Positions 52,001 through 64,000 of a stretch of 64,000 nucleotides of DNA are shown one piece after another. Source of the DNA: Takakia lepidozioides (lineage: Eukaryota > Plantae > Bryophyta); contig CM060732.1 of the NCBI GenBank assembly GCA_030704615.1, positions 33,294,001 to 33,358,000 on the forward strand, read 5' to 3'. The stretch's first letter is position 1, and every line of letters begins with the position of its first letter. The translations under genes were made by a program, and so were the position numbers. The notes beneath the pieces were generated by a model that did no database searches, was not told where the DNA came from, and saw nothing but the letters and a program-made list of their open reading frames with translations.

Positions 52001-55000
52001 ATTTCATCAATAACAAGAATTTTCTCATCATCAAATCTGAGAATCATAAAATTCTAGAGTTCATAAACTTCTCCCTAAGTTATAATTCATTGGGCTCTTG
52101 AAGGAACCTAAGTTGTTTCTCCTCGTTTTACCCATATGTGCAGTCACCCACTTTGGTCTTTTTGTAAAACTGCGCGGCAGTTGGTAAGTTGGATCTTTCT
52201 TTTGGGTTTGAGATCACACTGCAATTTTGCTCATCCACTTCGCACTCGGATATTTAGACATGTTCTTTCAAAGCAAAGCAATTTGGGGGATTCGCAAGCC
52301 GGCCGACCAAAGGCTAATACCATTATAAAGTCAATAATTTCCAATTTCACCCTTGGACGCTTTACATCAAGTTCGAAGGAGAGCTCTGTTGAAATAATTT
52401 TGACTCCAACCCATTTCATGCTGAAGTGGGCCTAATAACTGTGAGTAGGCATGAACCCAAATACCCACCAAAGATTGAGATGGAACAAATTAAAAGAGAT
52501 GTCATTCCTCGCTCTCTGTCATGGTCACTTGTAAGTAGATTTTGTCAACAACAAAAATGTCGTCTTGTGTTGCTCCCTGTCTGCGGTTGTGAAGTGTTAG
52601 TAAACCTTGTCTGCGGTTGTGAAGTGTAATTATATTTTGTCTCGCGCTGCAAAGTGCTCAGTGTCACGTGATCCAGCGGTCTCAAGGTCTTCTTTTGTTA
52701 CCAAACTTTTGACATATGTAAGACCAAAGACGAGGATGACTCCAAAGTCCGCGGATACACAACTTCATGAAAAAACAGTTGTGAAGTCTCATGCATAGCA
52801 GCCCGCATGATGTTGTGGTACCTACCAGGGTTCCGAAACCTAGAAATTGTGTGGCAGGCTCTGTGAGCTTCTAAACCATACAGGTACCAATACGAAACCA
52901 ACAAGAGATTTCGGCGGATCTATACTGCTTGGGTACGTCTGAAGGATTAATGGACTCACTCCACACGTAAGCTGCTGCCATTATGTAGAGGGCAATGGAA
53001 GCACTCAGTGCTTGGACTGCGTCTGCTTTTCTTTGAACAGTGGGCCACAGAATTTGGGTAGCCTAAACCTGTAGACTGAAGACTTGGAAGCTTGGTAAAT
53101 GGATTGTACAGATAGCAGGACCCGGTCCTTGGCATATGCTTGGGTTTCACAGTGTGGGCTGGCAGAATCCATATCCTCGCGATTCTCCCAATCCCGAGCG
53201 GAGGGCTAAGCTTCAAGTTTCAACTCTGGAGGAAATCTAATGCTCGATCAGTACCTCGCATGCACAGTATCGTACGCGTTACTAACTGCCACTAGTAGGT
53301 GTTTTAAGTGTTATTTCGGACACAAGATTAAATGTGGCCTTTTGCCGCCTGAGGATCGTTCTAGCAAGCTTGATAACGTGCCCGGGCGGTTAGGATTCGC
53401 ATACTCGCATTCGCGAAGGGTTGAGACTCTTGGGTGCTCCTTCTTTCTTCCTTCTTCCCAGGTCTTTCTTCCCATTTCTATTCTCTGGGTATGCGAGTCT
53501 GTGAATCTGGTACAAGTCTGCACGCAAAGGTTTCACTGTATTATGGCTCTATGTGGTTCTTACTTGTTCGTCTTTTTGTCGATTGTTCGAATGTCTCAGA
53601 TGTTGAATCTTCAGTTCTGTGGGCGCGTACCTGTTTGCTCCTGTTACATTATGCAAGCTGAGTCGTACAAGGAAGGCATTTAAGCCCCTGACCGTCCATT
53701 CTTCGACAGGGACTGCACACCCTTCTGCGTGTAAGGCATAAGGCGCGTAAAGGCTTGTTGATGTGTTGCACGTTATATACTGCGTCTCAACAGCTGCACG
53801 TTGGTGAAAAGGAGTCGGACTATAGCGAGAGTCATATGCTGCTCACCTCCCTGAAAACCAGCCCTCAAATCTCAGAGATAACTGGAAGCCCGCGCGGACA
53901 TACTACGCCTTCTATGTTGTCTCCAATCCAGTGATTCACCGACGATTGATTCGTGCATTCAGCAAGCAGTCCCCTCCATTCACAATGCGCTTTACAGATT
54001 TACGGTGTTCTCTGATGCCCCGCGCTTTAAGTGGCAACTTGCCAAGATTGATGGACGTCAGATTTGTAAGAGCCCACTTACTGCGAACATCTGGAAGCCG
54101 CTGCTGACTTGTTGGTTTTGTTGCTAGCATCGTTCTAAAAACATTTGTCAGTTGAGCTCAACAATACCGCGTCCTCTGGTTAGTAATCTTGATAGTTTTA
54201 CACAAGTTAAGTCTGCGCCTGAATCTAGGATATTGCATTGCTGGGATTTGCTACCAGTGAGTCAGTTGCTACGGCTGTGAGCAGGTAGTACGCCCGAAAT
54301 CCGACTACGCCTTCTGGAAAGGAGCTGAAGAATGGACCAAACGCCAAACATCTCCCGATCTGCTCATGACTGACATAGCTAATTCATGAACTGTCTCGGG
54401 CTATTGCAGGAGCTTTCATCGTCTCGCAATCTGGTAGATCAGCATGCACCTGGCATATAAGTCGCCAGCTCTGTTATCGGCCTGTACATACAAGTTCAAC
54501 TCTAGGTTACTCGTTTCAATGGTTATGCAAAGCTTCAGCTTGGGCTGCATCCACATTTAAACGAGATGGAACGCTCCTAAAATTATCACGTCCAAATGCA
54601 ACTTAGGTTAGTATGATAGAAGCCGGTGATCCTCTCAATATCTATCACAGTAGATTTTTCGAGTGCTTAGTAAGACCTTCGATTCACTACATATCATGTA
54701 ATGACCTTATGCTAGGTCTGGCTTAGTTTCAATATATATCGGTTAGTTGATTCCAGCAAAATATGTTCTGAACAACGACGAAATATCATCCTCCATCGAA
54801 AAGTCCGCCATCGAGAATCTACAAAGACCAACACAGTGGTAAAACACGTGTGGTGCATGTAGCACTCAGTACATAGTAAAGCGAAAGACTGTTAACACCA
54901 TTTTCGTTAAAAATGGACAATGGCTTGTCACTACAATTTTAATGTAGTAGAATCAAAAGGGCGCATCTCCGACAAGAGGTTAGCTGGTGAAGTGACATTT

Positions 55001-55037
55001 GATTGTGCTGGCCCAGGTCTCTCTGTCTCTTGTAGTT

Positions 55038-55284
55038 GAATCATTGAGGACATCTTTAAGTTTACAACAACAAACTAAAAACTAGGATGGGAAGAGTTTT
55101 GTAGTCATTGATGTGAGTAGTAGAATCATTGAGGACATCTTTACGTTACAACAACAGACTATAAACTAAGATGGGAAGAGTTTTGTAGTCATTGATGTGA
55201 GTAGTAGAATCATTGAGGACATCTTTACGTTACAACAACAGACCATAAACTAAGATAGGAACAGTTTTGTAGTCATTGATGTGA
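55038..55284. repeat. Three tandem copies of an 84-85-bp unit
   Basis: gaatcattgaggacatcttta...gagttttgtagtcattgatgtga starts at 55038, 55123 and 55207. Confidence 0.93.
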
Positions 55285-57053
55285 ACTTTTTATATTTTAG
55301 GCCTTTCAATATTTGAGGTACCATACATCAAACATTTATCTACAAAATTACAAGATAATATTTGGGCGCAGGGACAAGGAGCCAACCTCTTCGGCCTCCC
55401 CGGAATTTGACAGATCTGATATCAATTGGAGGCACATCAGGCCTGCATCAGCAATGAGGCTCCACTTCCATAGATAGATACTTCACTCCTTTTAGAATCT
55501 TCATCTAATCTCCCTCTTCCTCCAACTCTTCTCTCCCTCCCTGCTTCTCTATTCATTTCACCATTCCGTCCCAGTTCCACGGTACGCTAGTCCACCTAGG
55601 GTTGCACCTGTCACACTATGCCGATATGTCCTTCTCCTTCCTGATAGGAGATCAGTTCCATTTGGGTCCCTTCTTTCCATATAAAGAGGGTGATGCCAAA
55701 TTAGCCTATTGATGAATAGGAGCCTCTATCGCTTGATTACGTTCTTTGCTAAGCGATGTTTAGTTCTTCGTTACATGAATTGTACATGCGGGTCACATAT
55801 TTGCTGGAATCCGGCATGGTCTCCATGCGAAATACTTTATGGCAGCCTTCGGGCAGACAAGGGTTTTAATTTTTTCCCCTTCAATAATCTCCTTAATAAA
55901 GAAATTCCAAGGTCTACGTTCCATATGTTCGTAATATTATTATTATTATTATTATTATTACTCAATATCATATGCATACATATTGCAAGACATATATTTT
56001 TAAGGAACCCGTCTAATAATCATCCATGAAAATATATCATAATACGTCCATAAATTCCAACCATCTTTTATTTCATATATGGCACGCCTGGTTTCCATCC
56101 CTCAATCTATGGAACAACATTAAGAATATCATTCATCCACTTATCATACTCTTCATCAATAAAAATAATTCCATTTCATTCCAGCTTGCATTCCATATCG
56201 TTCTATAAGTTCTAAATCCGTCGAAACTCCTTGTGAAAACATTGCTCATCATGAGTATATGAAAATCTGTCAATTGGGTTGAGCACCACCAGTTCTCCAA
56301 CCCCTTCAACACCCCCGAGTATGTAGCTAGGATCAGACGAAATATTGTTCTTCATGTTATCACATTATCCGCAGCTTGTATGTGTGTGGTGCATCCGAGA
56401 GAAAGAAATGAAAGAAACATACAGGGCATTTTTACAATCGTTGAAGATATACAGAGCCAAATTTGTGACAAGAATTGGTCAGACTCTTACAATTTGCATG
56501 TCTTTTCCAGACCACGAATGGGAGAATGTGGCCTGAAAGTGTGAAGAATTTGTTTGGTCCTTGGAAGTGGCAATGGCCTATCTTTGTGTATCTGGGTTGA
56601 GTATTACAAAAAGAAGTGTCATCTGGCCCATGTTCACCCCTTTGTGAAGAATTGTTATGTTTTCTGTACCCAGAAACAAGGTATAGGTTGTTTGTCATAC
56701 ACAACTTTCGCAATGTAGAATTGATATATAGTTTACTCCCATTCTCTGTGGGATTCATCCTCTCTACCATCCTCTCTACCATCTTGGAGTCATCTTCCAA
56801 CCTGGGCAGACAATGGGAATCTGCTAGTTTTGGGTTTTGGGACCATAACAACAAGTGTTACAACATCTGTGATGTTCCTCGCAAAACCTTTTGACAACTA
56901 TGCATGTTTTCAGTGCTAGTGGAAGAATAGAAATTAGAATTGTCATCAGCTCTAGGCAAGCTGACAAAAAGTGCAATGATACCACCTCTTTCTCTCTTTA
57001 CATTCTTTTTTTAAATTACACTTGCAGAGATGCGGTATGCATGTCACTTGTTT

Positions 57054-57270
57054 CAGGGTAATCCCCACAAGAGCAGACCCGGCCATCTTGGAAGTGGTGG
57101 TGGATGGCACTGCATACAACAATTGATCGCTCAACAATCTTTGAGATGAACTTGGTGGCTCTGTGGCAGTCACCACATATCCAAAGATTCTTGATGACAC
57201 GCAGAGGTGTCCTAGGGGATGCGTTGATAAGCCCCAAAATAATGCCCAGCTTCTCGCTGTGGTGGTAAAG
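57054..57270 (-). pseudogene. Isolated DYW-domain remnant of a PPR gene
   Basis: [43 protein letters not shown]...CSCGDYP. No PPR motifs upstream and the terminal W is lost. Confidence 0.9.
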
Positions 57271-57504
57271 GACATTTACAACAACCGTACTCACAAAGAG
57301 AAATCCATAGCAAATGGCCAGACATGAGTACATAACTGATCGACCTAAAAAAAAAAACTATATACCGTCACAATTTTCACGTACAGCAAGTGTAATACTT
57401 CCTCACAGAAACAAAGAACTAGAGTGTTCTACCATAGCACCGTGAGATTAGTTCCAGGAGCAATCCGTAGATCAGGAAGATGAATCACAAAGTAGAGAAC
57501 TTTC

Positions 57505-58300
57505 CACTACTACATTTACGTTTAGAGGGGTTTAGCGACGCATGTCCCCCTGGTGCCTCTCCCATGCGACGCCCGCCGCGCCCCATCTTGCGACGCCATG
57601 GGCGTCACTCGACCCCCATGCGACGTTTCCGACATCACAGGAATAATGCCAAAATCCACAAAAACGTGAATTTTGGCCAAGTCCTACAATGCGACGCCTC
57701 AAGCATCGCATCTAAGAAAATGGTTGTTTTACGACGCCGCGGCGTCGAAAACCCCCCCCCTTTTCCTGTAGTGACATATTGAGTTCCTAAATCATTCAAC
57801 GTGTTATTAGGCAAATTTGAACTCAAGACCTCTAGATTATAGTACACATAGTAAGACACTTCACACTAACCAATATATCAGTTACAAAACTTACACACAA
57901 ACATATGATTTGATTGTACATAAGGTAGTTCATGCAGACATTGGTTGCTCGTCGGGACCTCAAAGCGACACTCCTTGCGTCGCCCAAATGTAAGCTTTTC
58001 ATGTACCCTCTACTGAAGAAACAAAAAAAAGTTCAAGTCATTTTAAGCGACGTCTCAAACATAGCTAAAAATGACTTAACAAAGAACCAAATTTGCGACG
58101 CCCGGGCGTCGCAAGCCCGTCGCAAGGGCGTCACCAAAAAACCGTCGTAAATTTGCGACCAATGGGGGTCGCAAATAGGCGAAACCGCAATTTGCGACGC
58201 CGACGCGATTTGCGACGTCCGGGCGTCAAAATATATATATATACTCTGCAATGCAGAATTTGCACCGTCCGGGGGTCGCAAAGTGCGACGCCCGGACATC
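57505..58300. mobile_element. CACTA (En/Spm)-like termini with GCGACG subterminal repeats
   Basis: CACTAC at 57505 and GTAGTG ending at 57773. Dense gcgacg/cgtcgc repeats in both orientations at 57535-57750 and 57975-58295. The 3-bp flanks do not match. Confidence 0.65.
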
Positions 58301-58523
58301 ACAATTTAAGGAGGTACATTTGAATTTAGGCGGAAAAATTTCAATTTGAAATTTGAATTTCAAAAACTTGTTGACCATTGACTCCGGTGTTGACCATTAA
58401 CTCCGGTTTTGTCTAATGGCGATATGTTCATTGTTCTATATATATCATGCAATACATACTTGAACCTAAGACCTCCACGTTATAACATTTTAAGACACTA
58501 CAAACTAATCAACAGCTACACTA

Positions 58524-58958
58524 TGTAATAAGGTAGAATCTAGAAGGTTCTAGATGGAGGAGGAAAGTCCCTTAGAAGTTTCCAAAATAACTAGGAAGGT
58601 TCCTAGGAAGTTTGACTTGAGGCTCTCAAGTCAAACCTTTAAGATATTCATATTATGGAGAGTAGGTCAAATCTTTGATAAAGTCATATTGTGGAGAATA
58701 TCTCAAACCTAGGAAGGTTGACTTTAGGAAATATCTTTGATAAAGTCATATTGTGGATAATATGTCAAATCTAGGAAGGTTGACTTTAGGAAGCTTTGAC
58801 TTTTTGCTCTCAAGTCAAACCTTTAAAATAATCATATTGTGAAGGGTATATAAACCTACAATGAAAACCTAGAAGGCATCGAGTTGTTTTGGGAGAAAAT
58901 TGAGAAATACTTCTATTCTAGTTTGTGTAGATCCTGGGTGTTACAATGGTATCAGAGC
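58524..58958 (+). mobile_element. 5' LTR plus tRNA-iMet PBS of a truncated (probably Ty3/Gypsy) element
   Basis: TGTAA...TTACA (58524-58945) with internal repeats, then TGGTATCAGAGC at 58947. A decayed gag-like start follows to about 59710. Confidence 0.8.
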
Positions 58959-60471
58959 CTAGTCCTTCTTAAAGTTGGGAGTGAATACCTTCTTTAGGAT
59001 AACTCGATTAAGATGTTTTTAGAAAATTTTGTTGTTAATATTTTTAAGTGTTGAATAGATAGTAGTGATGGTGCGTCGTAATTTTATGTATTAAATCAAC
59101 CCCCTTTCCGTGATTTTCCTTCGTAGTGTGAGTTTAATATTATATGTCGTCGTAAAGCAGAAATTAGAGATATGATAGTACAGAGATTTGGAGAGGAACA
59201 ATATCAAAAAGTGTTACAAAACCCACGACCTGACGTCTTTTCTATAATTAGAAATTGGAATGTATACATATGTGTATATACATAGTTTATGGATCAAGGT
59301 AGACATTTTTCGTCTAATTTTCCACCGCCAAATGTATTTAGTATCAATGTGCGCGCCATCGACAAACATCATCTTGTAAGATTATTAGTTGCAGAATTTG
59401 GAGTAGAATTCAGGAACCTTGTCATGAGTTCAAACGTCCATTTTGTATTACCAATAGTCACGTACGGGATGGTTTGGGATTGCACTATTTACATACTGTA
59501 TTAGGATAAGAGAATAGAGAGAGTATACATTAATTTTAGAAGACAAACACCACGAAGGAAAGAGTAGTGGAGCAAGATAGTGGACAATGAAGAAATGGTG
59601 GACAGTGCACATACTACTCATCAAGCCAATGATCAGACGGTGTGGATAATGGAGCGCTTACACGAATTGCAGAATGCTCTTGTCACGACCCAACAACAAA
59701 ACAACGTACAGGGATGTCTCGGCGTGAGCCTGGTGGCGTGAGCGTGTGAACGCAGTAGCGCTCACGCCACTTCACCTAGAGTGAACGTCACGTCGCCGGG
59801 CTCACGCCACGTCATCGAGCTTAAACGTCACGTCAACGCGCGCCAAGTAAGAAGCAGAGTGTATTTTCGCGGAAGAGCACCCTCAACCGCGGAAACAAGT
59901 TGGACGAAATAATAAAAAGACGTGGTCATTTCCACCTGAAAGCAATAGATGAATGCAGCATGGATGAATGTAGAGTGGATGAGAAATAGATGGATGTATG
60001 GAAACAATCCAAGCAGATGGATGAATGTCGGATGGATGAGAGTGCAATGGATGAATGTACAATGGATGTTGAATAATGAAAAACAGTCTTGAATGGAGGA
60101 TGCATGAATACGCAGCACATGAATGCACGAGGTGAAAGATCGGAGGTACATCCCTAGATAAAAGATTTGACAGAAATCTTTGATAAGAGTTGGCATGGAA
60201 CACCAAAAGCAGGAACTCCAGTTTCTGAAGCGGAAGGTGAAGAAGGAGGAGAGGATGTGGCAGAGCCAACGGAGAGTTCAGACTCTCCAACACCATTACA
60301 GTTGAGTTACATGAGTGAAGAAGAAAACCAAGGACAGAACTTGGAGGATGAAAACAAGGAGAAGAAATTGGAAGAGGAAGAATATGAAGAAGTAGACCCA
60401 ACAGCTGAGGTTGAGACTACAACCAGGACATCCCAACCCGTTGGACCTGGATCAAGTGGAGCACTTGGATC

Positions 60472-61974
60472 TTCTTCCTGTACCAATTCCCTTAATCTTT
60501 CTTGCAAAGAAACAGGAGGAGTGGCATCCAACTCTAGTTCTTCCGGTATGGGTGATGTACTCTTTGATCTTAATGGTGTGAGAGGTCCAGATGATTCCCC
60601 TATGTCTATTCCTCTCTCCCAAAGATATGGATAATTAGCTTTCAGATAGCTTTCTCTTTTTACTGAATATCTCTGGCGTCTAACTTCTCTTTCATCACTC
60701 ATGTCCCATGTCTTTCATTTCTTTTAATGTGGCAATAACCAAAACTCTCTTCTGTAATATCTCTCGTATATGCCTGGGTTTCTTTCAAGCTTCAATGCAC
60801 CCTTGGCTATACTTGAAGTCTCCGTTACCATATAACCATATGGCAAACAAGTCTGGGAAGCTGTTCTTGGTGTGAGTTTGATCCACAAAATATCCTTTGG
60901 AATCCAATTCTTTACCAGTACAAGCTCTTCATGCATATGAGTATAAACATTCACCTTTCTTTCTTCCCAGCCTTCAAACTCTACTCGCTTAATGGATAGC
61001 AATGCTATCACATATACCAATGTTGGTAACCAACGTGCTCTTCCTCTACAGGCTACCTGATAAATCTTTATCACTCCTTTCTCCAGACCCCATTCCGGAT
61101 CAGCATCATGCACTCGCTTAAGAATATTTTCTTTACAACCGTCTGGCAATTCCAAGAACCTTTGAAAGAATTATTTGGACAATCTTTCTTCCTTCGTTCC
61201 ACAGGGAATTTGATTCACTTCAAATTCTTTAATGGTCCAACCACCATGATCCCACCAGATGCCTGTCACATCTGGTTATTCATGACTCAGTTCCCCAGTA
61301 TGGTCGCCAAATGTCGCGCGGCTTTTACTTACCCATCCCTTCGCTATCCGAGGCGGAAACTCCAAGATAGAAGAGTTGGAAATCTCTAAGTACTCAGCCC
61401 GCGCAGAACAATCAGTCATGACCTACAGCTAGTGTATCATGGGGGTGTTTCCTATTTGTTTTCCTTTCCGCATTCATGTTAACTACCTTACTATTGATAA
61501 TTAAGTATCAGTTTGCTTCATCAATCTATCGGATTCCATCAACTCATCCATTCATTCCACAGCTTCACTCAGATCTCTCTACACAGTGTGATTGTATCGT
61601 ATAAGTATCAGATTATGATTTATCAGGTATCAGGCCGAAGCCATTGTGTCTCTAATCTGCTCTACAATATCACTACAGCTTTGCATATAACAAGCATCTA
61701 CTAATCATCTCTCCTCCTTCACCGTGCTTTCCATCTTTGCTTCCGTTCTTACTCTCCGCCCGATCTCCTCTCATGCATGACCAAGAAGTCCTCCTCCTCC
61801 AGTGCTTCCAAGATTCGTCCCCCTCTCAGTCCTTGCTTCTCCCTTTATCTTCCTACCCGTGGCTCTAACCATTTCCCTCACTAACCGTCGTCCGTGAACT
61901 AACATGTTCCATTTGCAGGTGTTGTTCCCCACATCCGTTCCCTGTCCTGCTATCCGTTCCCTATGGTCGTGACA
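60472..61974 (-). mobile_element. Tat/Ogre-like Gypsy 5' LTR, tRNA-Arg-like PBS and truncated internal ORFs
   Basis: Minus-strand LTR TGTCACG...CGCGACA (61974-61312), then TGGCGACCATACTGGGGA (61309-61292), then ORFs 61155-60724 and 60702-60307. Confidence 0.7.
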
Positions 61975-62150
61975 GCTGTGTCAAGCTGTGACTGGCTGTG
62001 TGAAACTGTGACGGGCTGTGACTGGCTGTGCGACTGTGTTTGGCTGTGTCGGGTTGTGACTGGCTGTGACGACTGTGACGGGCTGTGTTGGCTGTGATAG
62101 GCTGTGTTGGCTGTGATGGTTGTGTTGGCTGTGACGACTGTGACGGGCTG
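61975..62150. repeat. Degenerate 9-10-bp (GGCTGTGAC-like) tandem array
   Basis: About 18 ctgtg-cored units directly abutting the LTR end. Confidence 0.9.
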
Positions 62151-63328
62151 TGTAACCCCCCTCTACAGTGCGCTGTTATCAACCCTAAGGCTCCTGTTGG
62201 TCTCAGTCTGTGCAAAAATTAAGGGTACTCCTCAGATCCCGTAAAAATGTCTAAGTCCCAGACAGTCCTCTAACACCCCCTTGCTGGTGCTGGTCCTTGA
62301 GGACCTGTTGTAGTTGTGGTGGAACTTCCACCAAGTGGTGGCCCCTGAGCACTCCCTGCTACTGGCCCCACTATATTCACAGTATTCCCAGCTCCAGTTG
62401 CACTACTTCCCAAACTCCATGTCCCCCCAGAGCCAGATCCAGATCCAGGCTACCCGCCTGATCCCCCTGAGCCGACACCTTCGTTGGCCTGTGATCCAAG
62501 TGCTCCACTTGATCCAGGTCCAACGGGTTGGGATCTCCTGGTTGTAGTCTCAACCTCAGCTGTTGGGTCTATTTCTTCATACTCTTCCTCTTCCAATTTC
62601 TTCTCTCTGTTTTCATCCTCCAAGTTCTGCCCTTGGGTTTCTTCTTCACTCATGTAACTCAACTGCAATGGTGTTGGAGAGTCTGAACTCTCCGTTGGCT
62701 CTGCCACATCCTCTCCTCCTTCATCATCTTCCGTTTCAGAAACTGGAGTTCCTGCTTTTGGTGTTCCATGCCAACTCTTATCAAAGTTTAGTGTCAAATC
62801 TTTTATCCAGGGATGTACCTCAGATCTTTCACCTCGTGGTTGATCTTCTTCTAGTACCAATTCCCGGGGGCTGCTATTTCATGAGCCATGAGCCATGAGC
62901 GGCATGAGCCATGAGCAGAGTCGTAAGTGTGGAAAAAAACATGAGCAGCACTATTTTCCGGAAATGAGTGTCCGCGGGAATAGGGTTTAGGGTGCCACGG
63001 TCATAGGGGGAGAAGGACCTCCCGATGAAGGAGGTTCGGCAATGTTATTTAGAATTATATATTGAAAGGCAATGTTTCGCGAATGGAAGGGTGGTACTGC
63101 TCTGTACAATGGGGGCCCATTTCAGCCTACCAGCCACTTGCAAAATCCACCCACACTCCCAATCCCAAACGAAATGAGCAATGACGCATTCTCGGAACGA
63201 TGGACACAGAATAGAATAAAAAGAGGGCACAATGAGGTTTTTATTGATCCACATGAATTGCATTTGAAGCACGTCTACTGTGCTGATTGTGCAATCAAAT
63301 CTTTAGCCCTGTGCCTACTGAATACAAG

Positions 63329-64000
63329 TCACGTTGTCAATGGGACTTCGACTGCTCTCAGAACTAGCTCATGAGTCATGGGGCTCGTCCAGGTAAAGTC
63401 AATTGCAGCCGTTGTACCGCCCCTAGTGATGTTCACCACAATGTCCTGCCCTTCAATCATACCACCATCGAATATGGAAATCTTCACGTTTTCGTCGTCC
63501 ACACCAATGCGAATGTCCCCATACAATGGAGAAGAGGAGCGCACTCCTTCAGGAGAATAGGTCTCTCCGATGGAGTCCACCCACGTCCAGTGGCAGCAGT
63601 TCCACCGCAACAGCATAGCAGTGCGCCTTCTTCTGCATGGGTGACCGTCGTAGCTGGGAAAATCGGAATCGAGGATGCGCAGGAGCCACGGACTCCTCAG
63701 ACCAAGATCGTCACCCCGCTCGAAGGCGTAGTGGCCTAGGATATACTCAAAAGCCACCAATGTTTCCACAATCGAACCAGTATCTTCTCTGTAATCTGTG
63801 TACCAGATAACAATGTCTCCCGATGTGGCCGAATACATTGCATAATCGATGCCTCCAAATGGGCAGTCGTCCCAGTTCCGGAAGCACGGCATCCTTGCAA
63901 AGGAGGACCTGAGGACGACTTGGATGCCGATGACAATGACCTTGCGGACAGCTACGAAGCCCTTAGATTTTGGAAATGATGCGAAGCGGAAGAGCAGTCC
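63329..64000 (-). CDS. Hypothetical protein of unknown family; frame probably continues beyond the window
   Basis: 187-aa ORF from ATG 63892 with globular-protein-like composition. The frame appears open to the window edge. No motif recognised. Confidence 0.35.
   Translation of the reverse strand, partial: GLLFRFASFPKSKGFVAVRKVIVIGIQVVLRSSFARMPCFRNWDDCPFGGIDYAMYSATSGDIVIWYTDYREDTGSIVETLVAFEYILGHYAFERGDDLGLRSPWLLRILDSDFPSYDGHPCRRRRTAMLLRWNCCHWTWVDSIGETYSPEGVRSSSPLYGDIRIGVDDENVKISIFDGGMIEGQDIVVNITRGGTTAAIDFTWTSPMTHELVLRAVEVPLTT

Larger units (their letters stand above)
60126..62838. repeat. 346-bp inverted duplication (60126-60471 and 62493-62838) encoding an acidic peptide
   Basis: About 16 substitutions and no indels. 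Both copies encode DKSWHGTPKAGTPVSE..EDVAEPTESSDSPTPLQLSYMSEEE. Confidence 0.95.

Noticed and set aside
55038-55284. CRISPR-like array
   Set aside because: Whole units repeat with no unique spacers, there are no cas genes, and the context is eukaryotic.
57810-58520. tRNA genes (gaggtcttgagttcaa, gaggtcttaggttcaa on the minus strand)
   Set aside because: Only T-arm-like fragments within TE sequence, with no cloverleaf.
62151-62275. 125-bp solo LTR (TGTAAC...CTAACA)
   Set aside because: No TSD and no partner copy, so the boundaries are ambiguous.

Overview
Eukaryotic nuclear DNA from a land plant. The PPR motif style and a half-tRNA-primed Copia suggest a bryophyte or other seed-free lineage (inference). 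The left half is gene-rich, with four spliced genes: the 3' part of an organellar RADA/Sms gene (+), a selenium-binding protein/methanethiol oxidase (+), a cinnamoyl-CoA reductase with CCR signature residues (-), and a CFS1/FYVE2-type FYVE-SYLF protein with an extra N-terminal RING finger (-). A cluster of PLS-E-DYW PPR RNA-editing factors follows in three states: intact, frameshifted, and a DYW-only remnant. Mobile DNA includes an old Copia element nested in a candidate TTAA-flanked piggyBac-like element, a very young Copia with a half-tRNA-iMet PBS inserted at a PPR stop codon, intronic LINE 3' ends, tRNA-derived SINE-like relics and a fold-back element. From about 57.5 kb there is a nested CACTA/Gypsy/Tat pile-up with a 346-bp inverted duplication and unexplained ORFs. 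No prokaryotic-type system (CRISPR etc.) is present, and I cannot demonstrate a wholly new system. The best leads are the RING-CFS1 fusion, the Hemivirus-type Copia, the piggyBac-like ends and the PPR birth-and-death cluster. All coordinates and counts were read by eye.
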